From the NCBI GenBank assembly GCA_965217895.1, contig CBDCJV010000002.1, forward strand, positions 3,264,001 through 3,328,000: a stretch of DNA of 64,000 nucleotides, in the 5' to 3' direction. Positions 50,046-59,845 of the stretch are shown one piece after another; position 1 is the first letter of the stretch, and each line of letters begins with the position of its first letter. This stretch comes from Waterburya sp. (GTDB taxonomy: Bacteria > Cyanobacteriota > Cyanobacteriia > Cyanobacteriales > Xenococcaceae). The notes under the pieces were generated by a model. That model saw only the letters and a list, made by a program, of their open reading frames with translations. It ran no database searches and was not told the origin of the DNA. Made by a program: the position numbers and the translations under genes.

Positions 50046-50576
50046 ATGAGAGATACAGTACCAAGCGTTGTCTTCAAAACTAGAGTCCGTGATGAATCTG
50101 TCGAAGGGCCAAATCCTTTTCGTTGGCAAGATGTAACCACAGAAGATATTTTCAAAGGTAAAAAAGTAATCGTCTTTTCTCTACCTGGTGCATTTACTCC
50201 TACTTGTTCTTCGACTCATTTACCTGGATACGAAAAGCACCACGATGAATTTAAATCTTTGGGTGTAGATCAAATTGTTTGTATTTCAGTTAATGATGCG
50301 TTTGTAATGTTCCAGTGGGGTAAACAGCAGGGAGTCCAAAATGTCTTTTTACTTCCTGATGGTAGTGGCGAATTTACACGCAAGATGGGAATGTTGGTAG
50401 ACAAAAGCAATCTTGGATTTGGTATGCGTTCCTGGCGTTATTCAATGCTGGTGAACGATATGAAAGTTGAAAAAATCTTTATCGAACCAGATTTTGGCGA
50501 TAATTGTCCTACCGATCCTTTTGAAGTTTCTGATGCCGATACTATATTGGCTTATCTCAAGGGAGAAAAAAACTAG
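50046..50576 (+). CDS. Type II peroxiredoxin (Prx5/PrxII)
   Basis: [18 protein letters not shown] and GFGMRSWRY. Confidence 0.95.
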   Translation: MRDTVPSVVFKTRVRDESVEGPNPFRWQDVTTEDIFKGKKVIVFSLPGAFTPTCSSTHLPGYEKHHDEFKSLGVDQIVCISVNDAFVMFQWGKQQGVQNVFLLPDGSGEFTRKMGMLVDKSNLGFGMRSWRYSMLVNDMKVEKIFIEPDFGDNCPTDPFEVSDADTILAYLKGEKN

Positions 50577-50626
50577 CCCAATCAAGGTAGGAACATCTAA
50601 TGTTATGTTCCTACTCACCAAAAAAC

Positions 50627-51400
50627 ATGGGAACAATATATCTCGGTACTATAGCTAGTTTAATAGCAGGTTTAGCCACTGCCGTCGGCGCACTACCCAT
50701 CTTGTTTACTGCCAATATAAGCAAGAAATGGCAAGGAGTTATGTTAGGACTTGGCGGTGGTGTAATGCTAGCTGCAACCGCATTTTCTTTAATTGTCCCA
50801 GGACAAGAAGCTGCCGTAGATTTGGGTTATTCTCAGGCAAATTCTGCTTTAATCGTCAGTTTAGGCATGGCTTTGGGTGCTATCTTGCTGTTGTTAATGC
50901 ACAATTACTTTCCCCATGAGCATTTCAATAAAGGTGCAGAAGGAAAGATTACCGAGAACTTTGAACGTATTTGGTTATTTGTAATTGCGATTACAATCCA
51001 CAACTTTCCCGAAGGTTTAGCGGTTGGTGTTGGCTTTGGTGATGGCAGTATTAGTCATGGACTACCTCTAGCATTGGGTATTGCTTTACAAAATATGCCC
51101 GAAGGTTTGATAGTTGCTTTAGCATTAAGGGAGTTAGATTATTCTATCAAGTATGCTTTAGGAATTTCTTTGCTAACTGGTTTGGTCGAGCCGATTGGAG
51201 GTTTTGTTGGGGCAAGCATTGTCAATTTTGGTCAAGCTTTTTTACCCTGGGGAATGGCGATCGCAGCAGGCTCAATGCTATTTGTAATTGTTGATGAGAT
51301 TATTCCCGAAATAGATAGAGAAAGCAATGCTCAAGAAGGCACGCTAGGGGTTATGACTGGTTTTGTGGCAATGATGTTTTTAGATATTGCTTTTAGGTAA
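50627..51400 (+). CDS. ZIP family metal transporter (GufA/ZupT-like)
   Basis: PHEH, IHNFPEGLAVG and LQNMPEG; probable start ATG 50627. Confidence 0.92.
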   Translation: MGTIYLGTIASLIAGLATAVGALPILFTANISKKWQGVMLGLGGGVMLAATAFSLIVPGQEAAVDLGYSQANSALIVSLGMALGAILLLLMHNYFPHEHFNKGAEGKITENFERIWLFVIAITIHNFPEGLAVGVGFGDGSISHGLPLALGIALQNMPEGLIVALALRELDYSIKYALGISLLTGLVEPIGGFVGASIVNFGQAFLPWGMAIAAGSMLFVIVDEIIPEIDRESNAQEGTLGVMTGFVAMMFLDIAFR

Positions 51401-51567
51401 ATCAATAATCAATGAACAATAACTAGTAGGGTGGGCAAAGAAATAATTATGTTTACCATTGGTATGAATAATCTTCATCTTGCCCACAAAAAGGTTATCA
51501 ATAATAATTGCTTGAATTTTGCAGGTTAAATTTTTTAAACTTAGTAAACGTTAAGGAGAATTGAATT

Positions 51568-52068
51568 ATGGTTTCTACTGTTTCTCAAGAAAAGCTATAC
51601 GCTACTCGAATTGATTTAGCTGAAGATATTCGAGTTAAGGTAATCGAGACTTTGAATCAAACTCTCGCGGCAACACTAGATCTCAAAACCCAAACCAAAC
51701 AGGCACACTGGAACGTTAAGGGGATGGATTTCTATCAGCTACACTTACTGTTTGATGAAATGGCAGGGGAATTAGAAGAATATGTTGACATGGTTGCCGA
51801 GAGAGTTACCGCTTTAGGCGGGGTGGCGATGGGAACAGCCCGTATTGCTGCTAGCGAGTCTATTTTGCCTGAATATGACTTAGATGCGGTTACAGGAATT
51901 GAACACGTAACTGCTTTAGCCGATCGCTTTAGTGCTTATGCTAAACACGTTCGTGAAGCGATAGATTCTACGGACAAACTAGGCGATCTTGATACAGCAG
52001 ATCTTTACACCGAAATTTCCCGAACTATTGATAAGCGTCTTTGGTTCTTAGAAGCACATTTGGTTTAG
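51568..52068 (+). CDS. dps: DNA starvation/stationary phase protection protein Dps
   Basis: KQAHWNVKG, HLLFDE, VDMVAER and DKRLWFLEAH. Confidence 0.95.
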   Translation: MVSTVSQEKLYATRIDLAEDIRVKVIETLNQTLAATLDLKTQTKQAHWNVKGMDFYQLHLLFDEMAGELEEYVDMVAERVTALGGVAMGTARIAASESILPEYDLDAVTGIEHVTALADRFSAYAKHVREAIDSTDKLGDLDTADLYTEISRTIDKRLWFLEAHLV

Positions 52069-52177
52069 AGATTGAGCAACAGTAGCTATTTGTATTTAGG
52101 CTTAAAGCTAATAGCTTAGAACTTATAGCTACGAACCAATAAACTTTAACCAAAGACAATTGATTTAGAACGTAACT

Positions 52178-52459
52178 ATGGCTGATACAAAAGGTGCAGA
52201 TGCGGTAGATCGGGCGATCGCCCAAGGCAAAGATTTAGATGGTTCTGACATTCCTGAAAACAAATTGTCACTATATAACAAGGTGATGGGGTTTGAAGCA
52301 GGAAGACAAAGAAGCGGAGTTACTAATACAATGCGATCGCGCATCGTCAGAATTGGCGCAAAGCATCTTCCTCAAGACGAACTAAATCAGATGTTATTAG
52401 ATGCGGAGTTTCCGCCTCTAAAAGACAAGGAAATTGCTTTTTATTACGGCGGAAAATAA
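52178..52459 (+). CDS. DUF4090 family protein
   Basis: GADAVD.AI..G.DLDGS.IP, RQRSGV.NTMRSRIVRIGAKH. Confidence 0.85.
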   Translation: MADTKGADAVDRAIAQGKDLDGSDIPENKLSLYNKVMGFEAGRQRSGVTNTMRSRIVRIGAKHLPQDELNQMLLDAEFPPLKDKEIAFYYGGK

Positions 52460-52601
52460 TACCTCATGTTTCTTCGTTCACTACTGTGAACGAAGTAGGA
52501 AGATAAGAAACTAGGGGGAAGAGTTACTTCCCTCTAATTCAATTTAAAAGCTTAGAGCTTAGAGCTTGTAGCTTAAAGCTATAAAAAGGAGTATAAAAAA
52601 A

Positions 52602-53963
52602 ATGAGTTATGATTTTGATTTATTTGTGATTGGTGCGGGTTCGGGTGGTATTGCTACTGCCAGACGTGCTGCACAATATGGGGCAAAAGTAGGAATTGTC
52701 GAAAGCGATCGCCTGGGAGGAACTTGCGTTAACCGAGGCTGTGTACCTAAAAAGCTGATGGTATATGCTTCTCACTTCCCTGCGGGATTTGAAGAGTCGG
52801 CAGGATATGGTTGGACAGTGGGGGAAAGCAGCTTTGACTGGTTAAAAATGATTACTGCTGTTAACGACGAGGTGACTCGTCTTAACGGTATTTATCAGCG
52901 AATGCTGGATACTTCTGAGGTCAAGCTATACGAAGGCTACGGTAAATTTATTGACGCGCACACTATTGAAATTGGCGATCAAAAGGTTACCGCCGAGAAA
53001 ATTTTAATTGCTGTAGGTGGCAAACCCGTTAAGCCAAAAAATATTCAGGGAATTGAACACGCCATCACTTCTAGAGAAATCTTTAATGTCAAAGAACAGC
53101 CAAAGCGCATGGTGATTATCGGCGGTGGTTATATTGGTGTAGAGTTTGCCTGTATCTTGAACGGTTTAGGCACAGAAGTCACCGTAGTTATTCGAGGCGA
53201 CAAAATTTTGCGTGGTTTTGACGAAGATATCCGCGACGAGATTCAGACAGGAATGCAAAATCACGGAATTAAGTTTATCACTGGTTGCGATTGTGAGCGC
53301 ATGGTGATTGACAAAACTGATTCTGGCTTAAAAATTACCGTACCTACTAAAGACGGCAAATCAGAAACTATCGTTGCTGATGCTGCTAGTTTGGCTGCTA
53401 CAGGAAGAAAACCCGATCTAGCTAATTTGGGCTTAGAAAATACGCAAGTAGAAGTAGTCAAGGGTGCAGTAGCAGTAGATGAATATAACAAAACCGCAGA
53501 AGATAATATTTATGCTGTAGGTGACTGTACAGATCGCATTAATCTGACTCCTGTAGCCATAAACGAAGGTAGAGCTTTTGCCGACACCCATTTTGGCGGA
53601 CAATCTCGACAAATGAGCTACGAAAACGTTCCTTCGGCTGTATTTACTACCCCTGAAGCAGCTACAGTTGGCTTGAGCGAAGCCGAAGCCAAGGAAAAAT
53701 ATGGTGATGCTGTTAAAGTCTATCGTAGTAAATTCCGTCCTATGTACTATACTCTGCCAGACAAACAGGAAAAAACTATGATGAAGTTAATTGTGGATAC
53801 CAATACCGACAAGGTAGTTGGCGCACACATGGTAGGGGATGGCGCAGCGGAAATTATTCAAGGTGTGGCAGTGGCCGTTAAAATGGGCGCAACCAAAGCC
53901 AACTTTGATGCCACCGTGGGTATTCATCCTAGTTCGGCAGAAGAGTTTGTGACTATGCGATAA
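52602..53963 (+). CDS. gor: Glutathione-disulfide reductase
   Basis: GAGSGG, GGTCVNRGCVPKK, NLTPVAI and GIHPSSAEEFVTMR. Confidence 0.96.
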   Translation: MSYDFDLFVIGAGSGGIATARRAAQYGAKVGIVESDRLGGTCVNRGCVPKKLMVYASHFPAGFEESAGYGWTVGESSFDWLKMITAVNDEVTRLNGIYQRMLDTSEVKLYEGYGKFIDAHTIEIGDQKVTAEKILIAVGGKPVKPKNIQGIEHAITSREIFNVKEQPKRMVIIGGGYIGVEFACILNGLGTEVTVVIRGDKILRGFDEDIRDEIQTGMQNHGIKFITGCDCERMVIDKTDSGLKITVPTKDGKSETIVADAASLAATGRKPDLANLGLENTQVEVVKGAVAVDEYNKTAEDNIYAVGDCTDRINLTPVAINEGRAFADTHFGGQSRQMSYENVPSAVFTTPEAATVGLSEAEAKEKYGDAVKVYRSKFRPMYYTLPDKQEKTMMKLIVDTNTDKVVGAHMVGDGAAEIIQGVAVAVKMGATKANFDATVGIHPSSAEEFVTMR

Positions 53964-54028
53964 TCTGATTATCTAATAGTTTTAAGCGATCGCCTTTCTC
54001 TTAAGAGCGATCGCTTACTATATAAATC

Positions 54029-54523
54029 ATGGAAGAAATATTAGAATTAAAAAAGTGTCTGCTAAACCATCAATATGAGCGTGCAATTACCATAGTCGCT
54101 GAACTAGAAGAGATGGGTAGACAGGATAAAATCAACAATCTTGAGTCTTTTCTGGTTATTTTGTTAATTCATCTCATTAAAATCCAGGTAGAAAAAAGAG
54201 TTACTCGAAGCTGGCGTAGTTCAGTTTTAAATAGTCTTAGAGAAATTCAAAAGCGCAATAAATTGGGTAAAAAATCTCAATATATAAAAAAAAGTCAGTG
54301 GCTAGAACATTTTAATGCTACATATCCAGATGCTATTTTCCAAGCTGCCGATGAAGCTTTTGGAGGGATAGAAATCAAACAACTTAAATCATTGCTGGAT
54401 TTAGCCAGATTACGAAGTACCGCCTTGAAGCTGCTAGAGCTTACTTATAGTTTAGACGGAGATAGTTTGGTTGAGTTTATTAGCGATCGCTTTCCCGTTG
54501 GACATTTGGAAACAGAGATATAA
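54029..54523 (+). CDS. DUF29 family protein
   Basis: ELEEMGR, ILLIHLIK and RSWRSS motifs. Confidence 0.8.
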   Translation: MEEILELKKCLLNHQYERAITIVAELEEMGRQDKINNLESFLVILLIHLIKIQVEKRVTRSWRSSVLNSLREIQKRNKLGKKSQYIKKSQWLEHFNATYPDAIFQAADEAFGGIEIKQLKSLLDLARLRSTALKLLELTYSLDGDSLVEFISDRFPVGHLETEI

Positions 54524-54531
54524 TTTTATTA

Positions 54532-54724
54532 GGCGTTGCTGATTCAAGTAATGACGTATAGAATATTACTGTTCGTAGCTTTTAGCTCTCAGCTTTTAGC
54601 TATTAGCTTTTAAGTATTCTTCATGTTCCAACAAGGTGATTAAAGATGGCGAGGAAACCTTGCCCTCTCTCACCTTCAAATTAGGAAATAAAAAACCTGT
54701 ACAGCATTACAATTCAGCAACGCC
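54532..54724. mobile_element. ~193-bp MITE-like element with GGCGTTGCTGA TIRs
   Basis: GGCGTTGCTGATTCAAGTAATG ... CATTACAATTCAGCAACGCC; single ends of the same type at 8212, 11693 and 49187. Confidence 0.75.
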
Positions 54725-54729
54725 TTTTA

Positions 54730-57333
54730 TTAAATAGAATTGTCGGCATGATGAGCAGAAAATTGTTGGGCTAAAAGTTTGCTTGCATCTTCTCTTTTAA
54801 GAGGTTTAGCAAAAAAATATCCCTGACCATATTCGCAATTTAAAGCCTTAAGAATCTGCTGATGATTTTCGGTTTCAATACCTTCGGCAATTACGTCCAT
54901 GTCTAACTTTTGAGCCAGAGTAATAATAATATCGACGATCGCCTTATCTTTATCTGACTGTTCCATTTGACGCACAAAAGACTGATCGACTTTTAGAGTA
55001 TCCGCGCCAAACTGCTGTAGATAGCTCAAAGAAGAGTAGCCAGTACCAAAGTCATCAATACTCAATTTAATGCCCAGGGCTTTTAGTTGGTGTAGCAGTG
55101 CGATCGCTTCTTCTACATTGTCCATCATCGCACTTTCGGTAATTTCTAGTTTTAAACATTGGGCATTAAGTTTGGTTTCAGCCAGTATTTGCTCTACCTG
55201 CTGCACTAAATCTGGTAAAAATTGATGACTAGAAAGATTAATGCTGATAGTCAATCCTGGTTGTGCGCTAAACTGTTGATGCCACTGATACATTTGCTGA
55301 CAGGCTGTGCGTAAAATCCAGTCTCCTAAGGGAATAATTAATTCTGTTGCTTCGGCTAAGGGAATAAATTCTCCAGGAGAAACAAAGCCTCTGCTAGGAG
55401 AAATCCAGCGTACCAAAGCCTCAAACCCAGCGATGCGATCGCTTTTAAGATTAATGATTGGCTGATAGTATAGTTCAAACTCGTGATTAGCGATCGCTTG
55501 CCTGAGATCGTTTTCTAACTGCCACTGAGCAACGGTTTCTGAGTGCATTTTGGGAGTAAAAACTGCATACTGATTTTTGCCGCTAATTTGGGCGCGATCT
55601 TGAGCTATATTGCTGTTTCTCAGTAGCTCTTCTGCTTTGATTTTTTCCCCTGAATGATGAAAAGCAATACCCAGATTAGTAGAGATAACAATTTCTTGTT
55701 GTATATTAAATACTTGAGCTAAATCTTTTTGGATACGTTTGGCGATCGCGATCGCCTGCTCTCGATCTTTTAAGGCTAATAACGCCACGGCAAATGTAGC
55801 ATTTCCTATCCTTGCTGGCTTATCTTGGGAGCGAATCGAGTTTTGGATGCGTTTTCCTGCCAAAACAATCAGGCGATCGCCTATTTGCTTGCCTAAGCTA
55901 TCGTTGATGGTTTTAAAACGTTCAATATCAATTGAGATAACCGCAATTAAAGAATTTTTGGGTTTGACGATAGATTGTTGCAGCAGAGTAAGTATTTGTT
56001 CTCTGTTAGCCAAACCTGTAAGCTCATCTACTAATGATCGATAAAAAGTTTTGTGTGCTAAAATCACGCCAGTTGCACCTACCAAAGCGATCGCCGAGGG
56101 AACAAAAGGAATCCAGAATGCTGCTGAAAATCCAGCCAAGCAAATTGCCGATAAACCTGCTACAGCTATAATTAAGCTCCCTCCTAAAACTAAGGGGTGT
56201 TTAATACGCCACACCAAAATCGCTCCTGTAATTGACCAAACCCAGATCCAGATAATTTCAACCCACTGAGGCAAAAATCTGAACAAAGGTTGTTTGTCTA
56301 ATACCGTGCTTAAAATTTGGTTAGCCATTTGAGCATGAATAGCTACTCCAGGCATTTTGGCAGCACCATAAGGTGTTGCAAAGATATCTTTCTTACTGGG
56401 TGCGGTATAGCCAATGATGATAACTTTGTTCTCAATCCAACTAGGCTTAAAATTACCATCTAAAATTTGCGTAAAAGATAGTTGTCGAGCTATTTTATTT
56501 AGCGGTTGATATTTAAGTAATATTTGCGAACCAAAAACATCTGAATTAGATAATTGATAGCCTCCTGAATCCGCTTTTAAAGTAGGAAAAACAGTTTGAT
56601 TAAGCTTTAAATAATTTTGCTTAATTTCTAATGATGTATCCTTAGTATCCAAATAACTTTTACTCAACTGAAATCCAAATGAGTATAAGTTGCGTTGCGA
56701 AGCACGCGATGCTGAGGCATCGCCAGTCGTCGTCTGGCGACGATCTGGGCTAACGCCCTGTCCGTCAGGCTTATCGCCAATCTTCGCAGACATAAAGTTG
56801 CGTCTAACTCTACCGTCATCATCGAGCAAGAAGTTATTAAAGCCAACCCTTGCTTCTGGAACCTTTGGAGGGGCGGGAACACCATCATTTTGGTTGACAT
56901 TTTCAATGGCAATTATATTTTTAGCTTCTAGTTGTTTTAGTAATTCTTGATTTCCAGGTGGCTGAGGCAAATCTCGATATATATCTAAACCAATTACTTT
57001 AGGATTGTATTTTTGAAGCTCTGCAATTAATTTGGCAATCAATTCATCAGAAAAAGTAGACTGTTGCCATGTTTGAATATCTGACTCAGTGATGCCAATT
57101 AAAGTTATTCGCGATTCTGGTAAGTTTACCTGAAGCAATTTCTCATCCTGAGTTTTATCCCACCGCATCATCAAATCAAATACGGCTAGCTCAAAGAATT
57201 GGAAACTTCCTAACTGTCTAATTAGACAAATAAATAAAACTAAAATACTAGTAATAAGTAAGCTGGAGTGAGAAGCTGACTTTAGGGTAGGATTTCTCAA
57301 ATTTTTACTAGTTAGTAATTTAAATTTAGCCAT
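54730..57333 (-). CDS. CHASE2-TM-degenerate GGDEF-EAL c-di-GMP phosphodiesterase
   Basis: CHASE2 (IGLDIYRD, D.DGRVRR, MPGVAIHA), 3 TM segments, GGDEF replaced by GNATF, intact FEALVRW and DDFGTGYSSL. Confidence 0.9.
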   Translation of the reverse strand: MAKFKLLTSKNLRNPTLKSASHSSLLITSILVLFICLIRQLGSFQFFELAVFDLMMRWDKTQDEKLLQVNLPESRITLIGITESDIQTWQQSTFSDELIAKLIAELQKYNPKVIGLDIYRDLPQPPGNQELLKQLEAKNIIAIENVNQNDGVPAPPKVPEARVGFNNFLLDDDGRVRRNFMSAKIGDKPDGQGVSPDRRQTTTGDASASRASQRNLYSFGFQLSKSYLDTKDTSLEIKQNYLKLNQTVFPTLKADSGGYQLSNSDVFGSQILLKYQPLNKIARQLSFTQILDGNFKPSWIENKVIIIGYTAPSKKDIFATPYGAAKMPGVAIHAQMANQILSTVLDKQPLFRFLPQWVEIIWIWVWSITGAILVWRIKHPLVLGGSLIIAVAGLSAICLAGFSAAFWIPFVPSAIALVGATGVILAHKTFYRSLVDELTGLANREQILTLLQQSIVKPKNSLIAVISIDIERFKTINDSLGKQIGDRLIVLAGKRIQNSIRSQDKPARIGNATFAVALLALKDREQAIAIAKRIQKDLAQVFNIQQEIVISTNLGIAFHHSGEKIKAEELLRNSNIAQDRAQISGKNQYAVFTPKMHSETVAQWQLENDLRQAIANHEFELYYQPIINLKSDRIAGFEALVRWISPSRGFVSPGEFIPLAEATELIIPLGDWILRTACQQMYQWHQQFSAQPGLTISINLSSHQFLPDLVQQVEQILAETKLNAQCLKLEITESAMMDNVEEAIALLHQLKALGIKLSIDDFGTGYSSLSYLQQFGADTLKVDQSFVRQMEQSDKDKAIVDIIITLAQKLDMDVIAEGIETENHQQILKALNCEYGQGYFFAKPLKREDASKLLAQQFSAHHADNSI
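56695..56772. mobile_element. 78-bp in-frame insertion splitting a HIP1 site (SDR5-like)
   Basis: Flanked by GCG (56692-94) and ATCGC (56773-77); removing it restores GCGATCGC and the reading IGDRNLY. Confidence 0.8.
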
Positions 57334-57575
57334 TAAATAATTAGTGCAGTAAATTTAGCCAATGGCATCTTTAGTTAATAAATAGCAGTTTTAATTAAGG
57401 TAAGGTTTTCAGGCTTTAATCTTGAATTGGTGTAATTACCTACAAGATATATTTAATAATAATGAAGATATTATTAACTGTAAATCAGTAAAATAACGGA
57501 TAACACAATAGTAGCTTGTGAGTTATACAGGTAAATATAACAAAGCTGCTATTCCAATATAATTAATAAAATATT

Positions 57576-58331
57576 ATGTCGAAACTATTTTCAAGCCGTT
57601 CTTCAAAGCTGTACAAAATATTAAGCTTGACTTTATTATTTAGTTCAATAATGTCCAATGCTATTGCCCAAGAGACAGATTACAACAGTTTTCCTACAGG
57701 AGAACAGGAAGGAGGTGGAGTTAGAGGAAAAGTAAATAATTGTAGTTCTTATACTGCTTATCCAGTTCCCTTAATTTCTCAGGATTCCCAAACTTTGACT
57801 ACATCTGCTACACCAAAACTCTTTTTTGATGTTTCTAATACTCGACAAGATGTAAATTTAGATTTCTTGCTACTAAATCAAAACGATGAAATTGTTTATC
57901 AAGATTCACTTAATGCCGACCATAAATCAGGACTTATTAGCTTAAACGTATCTGATGAAAGTAATTCAAACAGTTTAAAAATTAACGATATTTATCATTG
58001 GTATATGGTTCAAAAGTGTGAAAACACTGATACTCCTAAAATAGTTGCCAATGGTTCTTTAAAACGCATTAAGTTAGAAGATAAGCTGATCAAAAAGTTA
58101 GCTACTGCATCTTTAGTTGAAAAAATAAACATCTATCAAGAAGCAAATGTATGGTCTGAAGCACTAGAGAATCTTACTCAATTAAAGTGTAGTGCTTCTA
58201 ATGCCAGCATAACTGACAAACAAATAGAACCAGTTACCAGTATAGCAAACATATCTGTTGAATCTTTTAATAATTCTTTAGCTACTTATTGTGCTGCAAA
58301 CTTAGAGGCAAAATCGATTGTAATGAAGTAA
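57576..58331 (+). CDS. DUF928 domain protein (secreted)
   Basis: Signal peptide, GGGVRG..C, T.SATP.LFF, YHWY..C and Y....VW.EAL; CHASE2/CHAT context. Confidence 0.8.
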   Translation: MSKLFSSRSSKLYKILSLTLLFSSIMSNAIAQETDYNSFPTGEQEGGGVRGKVNNCSSYTAYPVPLISQDSQTLTTSATPKLFFDVSNTRQDVNLDFLLLNQNDEIVYQDSLNADHKSGLISLNVSDESNSNSLKINDIYHWYMVQKCENTDTPKIVANGSLKRIKLEDKLIKKLATASLVEKINIYQEANVWSEALENLTQLKCSASNASITDKQIEPVTSIANISVESFNNSLATYCAANLEAKSIVMK

Positions 58332-58440
58332 AATCGAGTTTTTTATGAGTAAATATCTAATAAATAATTAACTATTAACTGTGAAAACTACTTACGTATT
58401 TTCTCATAGAAAACATTACCAATATTACTTCTATTGCACT

Positions 58441-59820
58441 ATGAAAAGAATACTTAATTATCTGTTCAACCTTAGTCAAATAATTAATAGACTGAATGTA
58501 TTTTTAATAGCCTTGCTGACTATTATTACTATAGTCAGTCTAGAATTAGGCTTTTCTCAGCCAGCCATCTCTGAAAACGCAGTTAAGCAAAATTTATCAG
58601 CCAAACAGCTAGGCAAAATAATCAATAAAACAGAACATTCCTGGGAGTATAATTACGAAGACTATTTCAACAATAACTTTGCTAATCATTCTCGAACCGA
58701 AAAACAAATAGCCAAGCAATTAATCAAATTAAGCAAAGATACGGGAACAAATCCCGCAGTTATGTGGGCAGTACCTACACCAAAACAGCTATATTTATTG
58801 TTAATTACTCCAGGCTCAGAGCCAATAATCAAAGAGGTTGATGTCAGTGGAGAAACCTTAGCCAAAATTGTCGATAATTTTAACCAAACAATTATTAGCT
58901 CTCGAAAAACCGACTCAAAATCCTACCTGCCTTCAGCCAAATTACTGCACAAATGGATTATAGAACCCATTGAGCCTGAGTTAAACGCTGCCAATATTGA
59001 TACCCTCATGCTCTGTTCTGGATCTGGTTTGCGCGCTTTTCCCTTCGCTGCGCTTTACGATGGATCACAGTTTTTGATGGAAAAATATAGCTTAGTCAGA
59101 CTACCTGCACTAAGCTTAACCAACATTAATTACACAGCTAAGCAAGATAATCAGATCAGTGTTTTAGCTATGGGAGCCTCAAAATTTACTGACTCACCAC
59201 CTTTGCCAGGAGTTGAGCTTGAAGTACCGACGATCACGCCCAAAACTTTTCCTGGAAAAGCTCTGCTAAATCAGGATTTTACCGTAAAAAACCTCAAGAC
59301 ACAGCACCAAAAAAATAACTTTAACTTAATTCATTTAGCTACCCATGCTGAGTTTAATCCAGGTGTAGTTAGTAATTCCTATATCCAATTTGATGACGCT
59401 AAAGTCGGTTTAAATGAGATAGATAAATTAGGATTAAACAATCCGCCCGTAGATTTACTAGTGCTGAGTGCTTGTAAAACCGCAGTCGGTAATAAAGATG
59501 CTGAATTTGGTTTTGCTGGTTTGGCTCTCCAGGCTGGAGTTAAATCTGCTTTAGCTAGTTTGTGGTCAATTGATGATGCGGGGACAGTAGCTTTGATGAG
59601 CGAGTTTTATCAGAATCTCAAGTCTGGCTCAATGAAAGCTCAAGCTCTTAGAGAATCTCAGATAGCAATGCTACAAGGCAAAGTATATATTGAAGGAGAT
59701 AGGCTAAGAAGCTCTAGAGGAGCATTAGATTTACCAGCAGCCTTGGCTGAAACCAAAACTGCTAACCTTTCCCATCCCTTCTATTGGGCTGGTTTCTCTA
59801 TTATGGGCAATCCTTGGTAA
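58441..59820 (+). CDS. CHAT domain (caspase-HetF-like) protein
   Basis: PFAALYDG, HLATHAEF, LVLSACKTA, ASLWSIDD and HPFYWAGF; N-terminal hydrophobic segment; start uncertain (58381 or 58441). Confidence 0.9.
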   Translation: MKRILNYLFNLSQIINRLNVFLIALLTIITIVSLELGFSQPAISENAVKQNLSAKQLGKIINKTEHSWEYNYEDYFNNNFANHSRTEKQIAKQLIKLSKDTGTNPAVMWAVPTPKQLYLLLITPGSEPIIKEVDVSGETLAKIVDNFNQTIISSRKTDSKSYLPSAKLLHKWIIEPIEPELNAANIDTLMLCSGSGLRAFPFAALYDGSQFLMEKYSLVRLPALSLTNINYTAKQDNQISVLAMGASKFTDSPPLPGVELEVPTITPKTFPGKALLNQDFTVKNLKTQHQKNNFNLIHLATHAEFNPGVVSNSYIQFDDAKVGLNEIDKLGLNNPPVDLLVLSACKTAVGNKDAEFGFAGLALQAGVKSALASLWSIDDAGTVALMSEFYQNLKSGSMKAQALRESQIAMLQGKVYIEGDRLRSSRGALDLPAALAETKTANLSHPFYWAGFSIMGNPW

Positions 59821-59845
59821 AAGCATAAGTTCAACCAATCTTTCT

